64,000 nt of DNA, taken from positions 1,302,001 through 1,366,000 of the forward strand of contig OZ025787.1 of the NCBI GenBank assembly GCA_964019425.1, written 5' to 3'. This document shows positions 49,026 through 60,254 of the stretch, piece after piece. The notes beneath the pieces were generated by a model. The model was not told where the DNA came from and ran no database searches. It was given only the letters and a program-made list of their open reading frames with translations. Positions within the stretch are counted from its first letter, which is position 1. Each line of letters begins with the position of its first letter. The DNA is from Flectonema sp. DT1601. Taxonomy: Eukaryota. Made by a program: the position numbers and the translations under genes.

Positions 49026-50059
49026 GAATTTTTTTTTTTTTTTTTTTTTTTTCCCGGTTCTGAATTGCTTGCTTGTACAAGATGATATTCTGCTCCATTA
49101 TCTTTTTCCCCCTTTTTTTTCTTTTTTTTTTTTTTTCCTCTCTGAATCTCGGAGTGATCAAAAAAAAAAAAAAAAAAAATTAGTAAAAATGATAATAGAA
49201 TTCTATCCCTCTTTTTCTTTTTCACTACATTGTCGAAAAGAAGTTATCAGGTATCCACCTTCCAATAGAAGAGGGGGGGAGGGGGAATTGCCCTTGAAAA
49301 ATAATTAATCATTTTGTCACTGTACTTGCACGTAACAATTTTTTTGTACAGTGCGATTAAAAAAAAGCCAGCATTCAAATACCCTTTTTAGTTTCTTTAT
49401 TCTCCCCTTTTTTTTTCTCTGTTCTCGTTGATTTTTTTCTTTCAATCGTTGTTATTGATCAAATTACATTGTTAGTGTTCCTACCGGTGGAAGAATACAA
49501 AAATGATAATTTTTTTTTCCCCCACGTTTTTTTCGGGTACAGTTACTGTCAGTGCTCTCACAACTCAGAGGTGATTGACGGCCGTGCATTTCTGAAATGG
49601 TCAACCATGTAATTATTAATCTGTTTTTTCTTTGCCAGCAAAATAAGGCACCCCTACTCAAAATATTATTAAATCATTTTTTTTACGACCGTAAAACTGA
49701 CTTTCTTAGTTGGTGTCGTTTTTCAACTTTTTCGACGTAAAAAGCTTCTTGCTTTGAGTTACACTATGAGAAAGAAGAAAAAAGAAAACAATAAAGAGTA
49801 ATGAATAATCTCTCATTAGGAGAAGGTCAGCCATCATTTGCTTAACGAGAACTATTGTCCCATCACTGCCCCCCTCCTATCTGATTCTTTTCCACATTAA
49901 TTTAGCTTGCGTCTTTTGCTTTTTTTTGCAAAAAAAAGTTAGATTCTTATTGGGGATTCCTCAAAGTCCCTTCCCTCTATTCATGATTCCCGATTATTAT
50001 CTTTTTTTTTTTTTTTTTTGCGGTTTACAACCAGAAAATTATTACCTGCGGGAAAAGAC

Positions 50060-50093
<34 letters not shown>

Positions 50094-51836
50094 TAAAATA
50101 AACCAGATCGTTGGGAAACGAGAGAATCACTTTTTTATTTCAAATTGGCTTTGGTTTACATTGTCTTTTTATTTATTATTGTTCTCAAAATCTTGAGTTA
50201 GATAAGTGATACTATGTTATTAATGAGTATCTTACGGTGTTTTTTTTCTGCAACTGCGAACAATCAATAAAACAAGAAAAGGAATAAGAAAGACAAGAAA
50301 TAAACAGAAACAAAAATGAAACAAAAGGATACGAAGAACGAAAAAAAAAAAAAAAAAAAAAAAAAAACGAAAAAATGAAAAACTCTACATCATGTAGAGT
50401 GTAGGGAAGCCGTGTTTATCAAAAAGAAAATAGGAAAGAGAAAAATAAGAAAAAAATAGAAGACAGTGATCCACCGCTGAACATCTCTTTTCCTATTTTC
50501 CTCCTACTATGCACTGACTTCTCTTTTTGTGCTTTGGTTAGTGAGGTCCTAGATGTTTAACATTAGGAAAATTATGCCAATGGCGTCAAAGGGTGCATTG
50601 TTATCTTTTTGTGATTAGTTGTCGTGTCCTGTCTTCTGAGGTCCCTAATTTGCTTGCCCAAAGGTTTATCAGAGTCAGTGCAATGTACGATCGATTTCCA
50701 TCATGTGTTTCTTCCTGTAACGTTAAGGAAGTAAACCTTCCCATCGTTTATGAGACGGTCTTTGTAGCCGGCTCCGCTCCTCGTCCCCCTTTCGTGTATA
50801 AAGTAAAGGACTGTATTGGTTGTCATGCGACCTTTCCCATCTCCTCCCCTTATTGAGCGTGACTACCCATTCGGCGAGACATCGATTTTTGAGAATTAAG
50901 TGCGGCATATTTAGTTGTGGTCTTCTTGTATAGAAGGCACTCAGAGTTTTCTTATGCTTTGAAGTACACGGTAGGGATAGTCGTCACTGAAAGGGTTTCA
51001 TAGCTTTCCTTTTGTCCTAAGAGTAAGCATGCGAATTTTCATTTAGTTTTGTCTGCGTGTACCACAAGAAACCAGGTAGAGAGAAGCTGTAAAGAATCTG
51101 TAAGATGAATTATTTTTTTCCTTTGACAAAAAGTAGATCTTGACCAGTTCGGGAATGCCTTGTCGTTATGTTATTATAAAAAAAAAAAAAAAAAAGAAAG
51201 GTCAAAAAAAAAAAAACAACGACAAAAATCTCGACTCCCGAAATTCAAAAACAGATGGGTTAAGTCGCTGCGATTCTCTTTGGGGGGAAAAAAAAATTAA
51301 ATTGGAATTTTTTTTTTTTGTTATTTAGACTTGTTAATTTGAATTTGCTCGCAGTGTGACAGCAATGTGAAATGTTCGCATTGTACTGTGGTAAAAGTAG
51401 AACAAATATCGCAGTAGTTCTTTCCTATTCTCGATGCGAGTTCAACTTGCCATCATCCAAAGTCGTAGGTAAAATAGCAAATTAAATAGCAAAGCTATCT
51501 CGTGTGATTTAAAGAAAAAAAGACTGGGGTACTTGTTCCAATGAACACCCAACTTCACTTATTTTTCTTTTCCCCTTCCTTTTTTTTTCCCCTTTCTATT
51601 AAGAAGTACGAAAATATATCTCTGCGAATTCAATGGGAAACGACGTTGTGAGAATTATTGTTAATTTCTTTTGAAAAAAAAAAAAAAAAAAAAGGGAACA
51701 AAAAAACTGTGCAAACCTTGTGCTGCATCCCGAAGTTGGATGTAGTTTCACGGATCATTAATGCGTGATGGTACGTTACGTTTATTGTTGGGCAATTCGG
51801 AGTCCATCAGTTCTCTCGAGGACAGTAACTGAAATC

Positions 51837-51867
<31 letters not shown>

Positions 51868-52687
51868 GTTAAGTTTTTCTTGTTGTTGCGAGTATATCTT
51901 GAATCCTAAGCACATCCGCTGGTATCTCAAAACAGACTTACCAGCGCAGTGGAGGTACGAAGTACCCTTGTGGTTGATAAATAAATCGTGAAAAAAAAAA
52001 AAACAAACAAACTTTTTTTGGACTTTGTACGACCCTGATGCACTCAGGAAACTAACCGGTTCACAGACTGAGAAGAGTGACAATTGTCTGAATTTCCACT
52101 AAGCAAACAATCAAAAGAAAATAATAAAAATAAAAAATGAATCCTCTCTGAATTTTTTTTGTTTTTTAAATTTTTTTTTATTTTTATTTTTTGTTTTTCA
52201 ATGTATTTTTATTTATGTTTTTGTGTAAATAAATAATTAACCTTTTTTTTAAAGTTTTTAAAAAAAAAAAAATAAATAAATAAAAAAAAAAAAAAAAAAT
52301 ACAAACAAACAAAGAAACTCTTGCTAAGAGCGAAGATACGGTAAACTATTATTTTTTATTTTTATTTTTATTTTTCCTCCTTTTTGACAGTTAAAGTCAT
52401 TCCGATACAGTGGTCCACTTATCACTGTGAAATTAATCACCGAGAATGAAAAAACAAAAAAAAACTCCCACCCCATGTCACTCCCTTCACCACTAGTATC
52501 TAATTTTGATACCCCTCGTCTTGTTCTTTTAGTAGAGTTGGGAATTTTGTAGTTGTTTAACTACCACTTACATTACAGGTATCAAAAATAATGTTAAAAT
52601 TAGTTGAGAAAAGTCGTTGCACGTCCTCTGTGATTCTCAGATGCTAATTTTCTTTGTTTACAGAACATTACCCCTCCTGCACCCAAT

Positions 52688-54754
52688 ATGAGCAGCGAGG
52701 CAAAACAATATTGGAAGGCTGGACAAGCAGCTATAAACAAAGGTGAGATGCAACAGGGGTTATCTCTATTACAGAAATCAACTCAAGCAGACCCTGGATT
52801 TGCACAAGGATGGTTGAGTTTAGGTCTGGGAATGTCACGAGTTGGACAGCATGACAAGGCAGCTTATTTTTTTGCCATCGCAGCAGCAAATAGTGAAGAC
52901 CATGAATCAGTTGGTCCAGTGACGAAAACAAATCTAGACGCTGTATGCAAACAATGGGATCTATGGCCCTCAGAGCTTCGCAGTAGAATGACTGATTCAA
53001 GCTACGGAAAGTGGCTCAACAACTTAGTACCACCAACAAGTGACAACACACTAAACGTAATGCTTGAAAGCGTTGGAAGTGACAGCCACCTAATTCAACA
53101 TAAAATTGACGTTATATCTACCCGTTCAACAATCATGCAGTTTATTGAACAAAATCTACACGCTATGAACTCAACGGACGATTCAAATGATGAAATCGCT
53201 TTCACGACTGAGGTACCATCAAATACAACCATTGCTATTCTTGGATACGGATTGTTTCCAATGTTGGAAAGAACTCTTTTAAAGAAATGTCTTAACAAAG
53301 TACCAGACACTGCTAAGATAATACCATCAGGGATAGAGCTTCATTGTTGTCTTGTTGAAAGTAAAGAACTTTGGGAATTAAATCAAGTTGACACTGCAAA
53401 GTTAGAAAATGACAGCAACATTGACGCGTCTCCACTTCAAGGAAGATTAACGAGACCAAATAGACCTGTTCAAAGACATGCTGTAGAACATACACTTTTA
53501 TCAAAACCTGTGAAACTATCTTCATCATCCATTCGAAAAACTGAAGCAATCCACATAAATGACACTATTTCAGTTACTGAGCCTGGTTCATGTGTCGGAT
53601 TACTAGTGTGGGAATGCTTAACCCATGATGGCAGTAGCTTCGATGCCGGTGGATTCACAGATGAGACTGCTATCACTCACAAATGGCAATTTATTTTATA
53701 CAGCAAGGAACAGTTTAACGTTTCTGTTGGAGACAAAATATCTGTCAGTGTTCACATTGAAGAAGAGCTCAAATCAAGAGCTTCGTTCTCATTAAATGAA
53801 AATAATCTACAAGAGCAAGATGATCACATTATAGAAGGAACAGAAAAACTTCTTCCTCCATACCACGCTTCAATGCTTGGTGATACCGAGCGTACACTTG
53901 TTTATAAAACAGGACTAAAACACATCTTACAAGAAAGTAATTCGGAATTGAAATTACAAAACAAACCCATTATGGATCTAGGAAGTGGAACTGGTCTGCT
54001 ATCAATCATGGCGAGTATTGTTGGTTTTAAGAACGTGTTTGCAGTGGAACGTTTTGAAGAAATGACTAAAATTGCAGATGATGTTATAAAGAGCAACAAA
54101 TCAAAATTAACTGGTTCGATTACAACGATAAATAAACACTCCTCTGACATCACTATACCAACCGACATGCCAGAGCCAGCATCAGTCCTAGTTCATGAGA
54201 TTTTCGGTACGGATCCGCTTTCTGAGGGTCTGATCTCTGCCTTTAATGCGTGTATTAAAGCAAACTTATTCACTGAAAAAACTATTTTCTGTCCATCAAA
54301 ATTCAGAGTAATCGCATGTTGTGGAAATTCAGACTCCCTCAGACGAATTGCTGGGTGTAATGATGTTGGTAGTGACGTTCAGATACCACCTTTCGTTACT
54401 CCGAGAAAATTAGAACAGAAGTTGGAAAACTTTTCTGATGTATCTTTTTTTACTGAACCTGTTGTGGTTTGGGATCACGAATTTTCTTATAAAGGAATCC
54501 CAACAAGTGGTAGTCGGAAGATCTCGTTTCCATTAAAAGACTGCGTGGTAGCTGACTCTACTCCGTTAGTTTTTTATTGGTTTGATTTTACGTGTGGAGA
54601 ATCTGTTTATTCAACTCGTCATTCGAGTAATCATTGGGTTCAAAATATTGAAATCCTACCCGAACCAATTCCATTAAACCAACAAACTAAAAGTTTCGAT
54701 TTAACCATGCAATGGATGACTGATAGAGTAATGTTCTTACCTCAACCTGTTTGA
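52688..54754 (+). CDS. TPR + tandem protein arginine methyltransferase (PRMT7/PRMT9-like)
   Basis: N-terminal TPRs (ADPGFAQGWLSLGLGMSRVGQHDKAAYFF); YHASMLGDTER; motif I IMDLGSGTGLLSIMA; post-I VFAVE; double-E loop HEIFGTDPLSEG; NHW loop. Confidence 0.85.
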   Translation: MSSEAKQYWKAGQAAINKGEMQQGLSLLQKSTQADPGFAQGWLSLGLGMSRVGQHDKAAYFFAIAAANSEDHESVGPVTKTNLDAVCKQWDLWPSELRSRMTDSSYGKWLNNLVPPTSDNTLNVMLESVGSDSHLIQHKIDVISTRSTIMQFIEQNLHAMNSTDDSNDEIAFTTEVPSNTTIAILGYGLFPMLERTLLKKCLNKVPDTAKIIPSGIELHCCLVESKELWELNQVDTAKLENDSNIDASPLQGRLTRPNRPVQRHAVEHTLLSKPVKLSSSSIRKTEAIHINDTISVTEPGSCVGLLVWECLTHDGSSFDAGGFTDETAITHKWQFILYSKEQFNVSVGDKISVSVHIEEELKSRASFSLNENNLQEQDDHIIEGTEKLLPPYHASMLGDTERTLVYKTGLKHILQESNSELKLQNKPIMDLGSGTGLLSIMASIVGFKNVFAVERFEEMTKIADDVIKSNKSKLTGSITTINKHSSDITIPTDMPEPASVLVHEIFGTDPLSEGLISAFNACIKANLFTEKTIFCPSKFRVIACCGNSDSLRRIAGCNDVGSDVQIPPFVTPRKLEQKLENFSDVSFFTEPVVVWDHEFSYKGIPTSGSRKISFPLKDCVVADSTPLVFYWFDFTCGESVYSTRHSSNHWVQNIEILPEPIPLNQQTKSFDLTMQWMTDRVMFLPQPV

Positions 54755-54866
54755 GAAATAGTTCAAAGTAATCATTATCATTATCTTTGTTTACTTTTTT
54801 TTTTTTTTTTTTTTTTTTTGTGGAATTTTTCCTACACTTCTAATCAATTACCTAACACCCACAGAG

Positions 54867-57650
54867 ATGATTAATAATATGACAGTGCCTACTGGTTCAC
54901 GAGAACGAGGAAAGTCAAAAGTTTTATCGGCACAAATTCAAATGAACATCGCAACAGCCTGCCTCTCAGCAAGATACACAGAGGTAGCAAGGAAAGAGGC
55001 TAATAGAGAGAGATCACCTGCGTCTGCTGCTGCATCTTTAGCGAGAAAAGGATCTTCAGCTGCAAGGCCGCGGACTAGAGCTGGTCCAGTAGGGGTTAGT
55101 ACCACAGTAACGCAGCCGTTTAATTTACGAACTGGTTCTCCTTCAAGTAGTCCACGAAGAGCAGGAAGTCCTTCAATTAGAATGCAAGTTGGATCGATTG
55201 GATCACACGGACCTGTTGGTCAATCGTATGCCTCAGCATCGTTATCTCAGTCTGTTGACAGAGCAGAGTCTGTAAAATCACGACGTAGTTTCCCAACCTC
55301 ATCATTTCCTGGTACACCAAAACAGAATAGAACTGGTGGTCATGTTACTGGTAGTGTGTTGTCACCGTCACCAGCGTCACCTTCTTTAGATTATTTGAGT
55401 AAAGTTACTTCTTTGTCTGCTGATGTGTCTCCTTTAGTCAGAAACCTCAGCAAACACCTCGAGAGAATTGATGATCAAATAAGTGATTCCCTCAGACAGT
55501 CGAGGGAGTCTCATTCTCCTCAACAACAGCGTCAACTACAAAAGGAATTACACTACCAACCAGCTAACACTATGAGATGTATATCACCACCAAGAAATGT
55601 TGTTAAAGTTAAAGAAAGTGAAGATCAACTTGCAAAACAACAATCAAATTCGCTCGAAGTTCTGTACTCAGAACTTGGAAGGGTACGTACTGGTATTGGT
55701 GCTGGTCTATCACCGTACAGTAATGATTGGGAATGGTCTTTTGATTCCCCCGCCTGCAACATCTCAAACATGTTAATTGAGTCACACGAATTCCAATGGC
55801 AGCAGTCTCTATGGTCAATGCAAGAGATGCTCGAAATATCATCGAAGTCATGCACCGTATTTAGAGCATCAGCATTACTTAGAGACCTGTCTGTGACTGC
55901 TCAAAGTATGTCAGATTTTGAAAACTTAAAATCTGAAAATGCAAAGCTTCAACAAAGTCTAAATGCGACAGCTAATGTTGGTTGTGGCGAGTACAAGATG
56001 GAACACCCAGATATTGATCACACAACTATTTTATTAAAAGAAGACCGGTCGCATACATCAGACTGTGGTAACGGCAATTGGGTGATCGATAGGACTGAAG
56101 GAGGTCTCTCAATGACGCTGTCGTGGAATGATTCTGTTCAGGATGTTCGTGTTTTCACTAATGATCATGGTCGTCGATGGCAGAATGCTACCATAACACT
56201 GTCTCTTATTGGTCAGCTTCCGCATTGGATACGCGCTGAGGCTCTTGCTTCAGAATTAAATTTCATTCATCGGTCTTCATCTTCTCAAGCTGAACGATCT
56301 GCTCAACTCGAACAGGAAGTTTCCCGTCTTCAACAACTCCTCTTAAATAAGTCAGAAGAAGAAGCTTTGAATGAGGAAGAACACGAGCGTCGAAAGAAAG
56401 CTGAACAAAAGCAACGAGAGAAGTCCGAAAGAGAACAGCAACTAGAAGAGGAAAAGCTTGCCGAGGAAAAGCGGATCGACGAAGAGCGAAAAGCCGAAAA
56501 AGAGAGAATCCGAAAGGAGGAAGAAGCAGCAGCGGAGATTGAGCGACTACAGCAAGAAGAGCAATTACGGAGGCAAACTGATGAACTTAATAAAATCGAA
56601 GAAATGAGAATTGCGAAGGAACTCAGAAGAAAAGAAGAACAAAAGTTTGAAGAAGAATTACTTGAGAGGGAGCGACTTCAGAAACGTCTCGACGACGAGG
56701 AAGCAATTCGCAGAAGTGAGGAATCCAGAAAAGCTGTGGAACTAGAGTTGGCTGAAGAGAAGAGACTTCTTGAACTTGATCTACAGAAGATGAATCAACA
56801 ATCTGATCTGAACACAACTAATTATCTAACAGAAGATAAAGAACAAAATCTTTTAGTAGATTCGCAACCTCCTCTTCCGGCAACACTCTCAAGTAGTCTT
56901 CATACTGGTGATTACTTGTCTGAAGTTGCTGATAACGGAAGTGAACGTCCTTTGCCAGCAACACCACAATTTCTTCCAACCGCAACCCAGCAGAGTTCCC
57001 ACCTACAAGGAAGCCTTCATACGGGTGACTATTTATCGGAGTGTAGTGATAAAGTAGACAAACAGTCTACCAACAGACAACCAGAACGTGATGTACATGA
57101 TGACCCACAACAAGTCGGCGCACCACAACAAGTCAGCCCGCAAGAAGTCACACTACAGCAGCAAGTCAGCACACCACTACCACAAGACAGCACACCACAA
57201 GAGGTCAGCCCGCAAGAAATCAGCGCACCACAGCAGCGAGACAGCACACCGCCACCACCACCACAAGACAGCACACCACTACCACAAGACAGCGCACCAC
57301 AAGAAGTCAGCACACCACCACCACCACAAGACAGCGCACCACAGCAGCAAGTTGGCACACCACAACAAGTTGGCACACCACAAGATTCCATTTCAAGTAG
57401 TTTGCATACTGGTGATTATTTGTCTCAAATCCCTAGTAAGCAACCTGATGAAGATACGACTGTCGAAGTGGCAAATCAAGAAACTCATTTGGGAAGTCTT
57501 CACAGCAGCGACTACTTATCGTCACCTAAGAAAGAGACAATCCCTACGGAGGTTGATGACACTCTAACAACAGTAATTGAAGAGACAAGAGTTAATGATG
57601 ATCTGCAACCTAACGATAACGGTAATGATGATGATTACCTTCCTGATTAA
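54867..57650 (+). CDS. Large low-complexity/coiled-coil protein with Pro/Gln repeats (possible cytoskeletal protein)
   Basis: 927-aa ORF; Ser/Pro-rich N-terminus, E/K/R-rich helix, PQDS/PQEVS repeats, SLH[TS][GS]DYLS four times. Confidence 0.85.
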   Translation: MINNMTVPTGSRERGKSKVLSAQIQMNIATACLSARYTEVARKEANRERSPASAAASLARKGSSAARPRTRAGPVGVSTTVTQPFNLRTGSPSSSPRRAGSPSIRMQVGSIGSHGPVGQSYASASLSQSVDRAESVKSRRSFPTSSFPGTPKQNRTGGHVTGSVLSPSPASPSLDYLSKVTSLSADVSPLVRNLSKHLERIDDQISDSLRQSRESHSPQQQRQLQKELHYQPANTMRCISPPRNVVKVKESEDQLAKQQSNSLEVLYSELGRVRTGIGAGLSPYSNDWEWSFDSPACNISNMLIESHEFQWQQSLWSMQEMLEISSKSCTVFRASALLRDLSVTAQSMSDFENLKSENAKLQQSLNATANVGCGEYKMEHPDIDHTTILLKEDRSHTSDCGNGNWVIDRTEGGLSMTLSWNDSVQDVRVFTNDHGRRWQNATITLSLIGQLPHWIRAEALASELNFIHRSSSSQAERSAQLEQEVSRLQQLLLNKSEEEALNEEEHERRKKAEQKQREKSEREQQLEEEKLAEEKRIDEERKAEKERIRKEEEAAAEIERLQQEEQLRRQTDELNKIEEMRIAKELRRKEEQKFEEELLERERLQKRLDDEEAIRRSEESRKAVELELAEEKRLLELDLQKMNQQSDLNTTNYLTEDKEQNLLVDSQPPLPATLSSSLHTGDYLSEVADNGSERPLPATPQFLPTATQQSSHLQGSLHTGDYLSECSDKVDKQSTNRQPERDVHDDPQQVGAPQQVSPQEVTLQQQVSTPLPQDSTPQEVSPQEISAPQQRDSTPPPPPQDSTPLPQDSAPQEVSTPPPPQDSAPQQQVGTPQQVGTPQDSISSSLHTGDYLSQIPSKQPDEDTTVEVANQETHLGSLHSSDYLSSPKKETIPTEVDDTLTTVIEETRVNDDLQPNDNGNDDDYLPD
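57103..57385 (+). repeat. Coding minisatellite (CACCACAAGA[C/A]AG-type units)
   Basis: Degenerate tandem units encoding PQQVS/PQDST/PQEVS. Confidence 0.8.
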
Positions 57651-57969
57651 ACATATAATTTCATGATTTGATCTCTTTTATTTTATTTATAAAAATATTT
57701 TCTTTTCTATTATTGTAGTATTCCTTTTGTATGCTCTCCCCCGCTTGTATTGTGACTATTATTCTATTTGTTGTTTTTGGTTTTTATCGTCGTTCTCTAT
57801 TTTAATCAAAAGATCCGATGAATTGTTACTGTTTTTTCTCCAGCATCACAACACTCGGATGTGGGAACCTTTTCTGATTTTTCTGATTCTCTTATCTGTT
57901 GCCATTTATTTTATTATTATTATTACAAAGGGGGAGGGTGGGAGGTAACTATATAAACCCCTAACTATA

Positions 57970-59586
57970 ATGCGTTTCGACATCCCGGATGTATCTTTAC
58001 GGAGAATGATGTCTTCACATGCAGCTGTTGAAGTGTTCTGTGGAATCTTAATGTTGATTGCAAAGCCAAACTGGCTTTACAAAAGTCCATTTGGAAATGA
58101 CGAATCATCACAAGCAGCAACAACATTATTGATGAGGTGGTTGGGTTGTACAATAGTAGCTTCTGGTGTCTTGGGATATTCTACTAAAGAAGCGATACCG
58201 TCAAGTAGCACAGACGCAGTCCTCTACGGAATCACATTGTATCACGCTTTAATAACAGGCATAGCCTTAGCACATAGAAGTGAGTTTGAGGACTTTTTTG
58301 TAACTCTCATCATCCCGTCATTACACGGATTTCTGACTATCGGTTTTGCATTAGCAGCTGCGACAGGTGGAAGTCGATCAGCGAGAGTAGATCGTCAAGA
58401 AAGTGATCTGCTGAATGATACCGTCGCTTCTTTTGTTTTATCATCTTCGTCTGCTTCTTCTTTTCACAATTACGAAAGTGCAGTTGGTGGATTTAACCAC
58501 TCTGGTACAAACGTAATTCAAAGAAGTCGATCTGCATCAGCCCCTCAAAGACTATCAACTCGACCAAAACGCCGCAGTTCGACTCCGACTGCAGACACAA
58601 GTCCTGCAGCATTGATTCCTGTAGAAAATGATATTGAATGTGGAGTAACAACAACCCTACAAAGTGTTCCAGTAAGTTTTGATAAAGATGCTTCCTATTG
58701 TAGTTCTTTTGATGGAGGGAAGTTGGTATCTTGTGTCTCGTCTGATGCAATGCAATCTCCAAATTCTTTTGAATCTGTTCAGGTGTTGAGTTCGAGATTT
58801 CCTTCAGATTTTTGTACTTCAGAACTATCAACTTCACTACCAAAACCATCTGATAATTGGGAACTAAGTCATTCGGATATAAAGAACTTATCATCTGGAG
58901 ATACTATCTTCATGTTTACGTGTAAAACAGGTTCTCGTTTAACACAATTTGAGAGATCTGCTCTTTCCGTATTCATTAACATGGTTAGTCGAGGAAATCA
59001 TGAATCATGTGATAAGGTAAACATGCATATCGATAATGATGTCCATGCTTGTACTTTCTTTATAATCAGAGCTGTGTACGTATTACCAGCTGTTTCATTG
59101 TCTGACATAACAATAAGATTACTAAGTAGTGTTGCTTATCATACTGCATGTCAACCTGGTAAGTCAAAAGTATGGAGTGACTGTTTAAGTTTTGGTGATT
59201 ACGATACGTTTAGAATAACGAAACCGATAGTACCAGTCATCTTTTCAATGACTATTCAGTTTAAATGTTCATTGGTTCCCGAATCACTCCTTGAAGAATT
59301 GTCAACTCTAACTGATGGTATTCCAGTTCATAAGGCTGTTCTAATGGAGCGTACAAAAAGAAACAACAAACCAGACATGACCAAATCGTGTAAATCTCTT
59401 TTATGTTATCATCAACTGCCTGATAATAGAGGTGTAATAGTATTCAACGTAACAGGTATAGCAAATAGTACCGTACCTGGAATCCTGGCATCTATTATTG
59501 ACAGGCTTGGGTCTGTTGGTTCTAAGGAAGCAGCAGAAACAGCTGCTAAAACAAGATCATATCTGAGCACTTTATCAAAGAAGTGA
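57970..59586 (+). CDS. Hypothetical membrane protein (about 4 N-terminal TM helices plus a soluble C-terminal domain)
   Basis: Hydrophobic segments in the first ~130 aa (e.g. LLMRWLGCTIVASGVLGY, VLYGITLYHALITGIALA), Ser-rich linker, globular-looking C-terminus. Confidence 0.8.
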   Translation: MRFDIPDVSLRRMMSSHAAVEVFCGILMLIAKPNWLYKSPFGNDESSQAATTLLMRWLGCTIVASGVLGYSTKEAIPSSSTDAVLYGITLYHALITGIALAHRSEFEDFFVTLIIPSLHGFLTIGFALAAATGGSRSARVDRQESDLLNDTVASFVLSSSSASSFHNYESAVGGFNHSGTNVIQRSRSASAPQRLSTRPKRRSSTPTADTSPAALIPVENDIECGVTTTLQSVPVSFDKDASYCSSFDGGKLVSCVSSDAMQSPNSFESVQVLSSRFPSDFCTSELSTSLPKPSDNWELSHSDIKNLSSGDTIFMFTCKTGSRLTQFERSALSVFINMVSRGNHESCDKVNMHIDNDVHACTFFIIRAVYVLPAVSLSDITIRLLSSVAYHTACQPGKSKVWSDCLSFGDYDTFRITKPIVPVIFSMTIQFKCSLVPESLLEELSTLTDGIPVHKAVLMERTKRNNKPDMTKSCKSLLCYHQLPDNRGVIVFNVTGIANSTVPGILASIIDRLGSVGSKEAAETAAKTRSYLSTLSKK

Positions 59587-60019
59587 GCAGTTTGTGACGT
59601 TTTTCTTTTTTTTTTTTTAAAAAAGAAACTGTTTAGATTAAGAATCGTTCCTTATTATGTCAAAAAAAAAAAAAAAAAAAAAAAAATGCTAAAATCTATT
59701 TCCTTGGGTTCGGTATTGCTGTCTGTCTGCTGTGAACAAAATATAAAGGATTCTTATCTGAATGGTTTTTTTTTTTTTTTTACATCCGAATGTGTTTGAT
59801 ATTTTGAGTTCACCCCTCCTGGCCTCTCCTTCATCGCAAAACTAAAAAAAAAAAAGTCAATTTCTTGAGGGGTTCTGAATTGTACCTATCTTCTGATTCG
59901 ATCCTGCTTTGTCTCTACAGCTCTATAGATCATTAAAAAATAACTTACTTTGCTATCTAAGGCAATCAGCACCCTATACTGGCCTCAGTAATTAGTTAAC
60001 TGAGGCTACAGTCTTTTGG

Positions 60020-60059
<40 letters not shown>

Positions 60060-60254
60060 AAATTCGAGCAGTTTGCTTCCTGTGTGTTGAGCTATGTTGT
60101 TTTTTAATGCCACTTGTGTGTCGTATGACACCCTTGACCAGACACGCTTCACTTGATACGTTGCTGTTTTCCGTCGGAAATGTCGTATCTTCTTTTTTGT
60201 TTCTGTTTTTCCATATTTATTTTATTAAAAGGGCGGAAGGGAGAACCCAAAGAA

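Noticed and set aside
48775..49308. Poly-KR, poly-K and poly-FS ORFs
   Set aside because: Translations of the (TTTTTC)n microsatellite and homopolymers.
57029..57567. Cys-rich (minus strand) and His/Lys-rich (alternate frame) ORFs
   Set aside because: Shadow frames of the coding minisatellite in the 927-aa gene.
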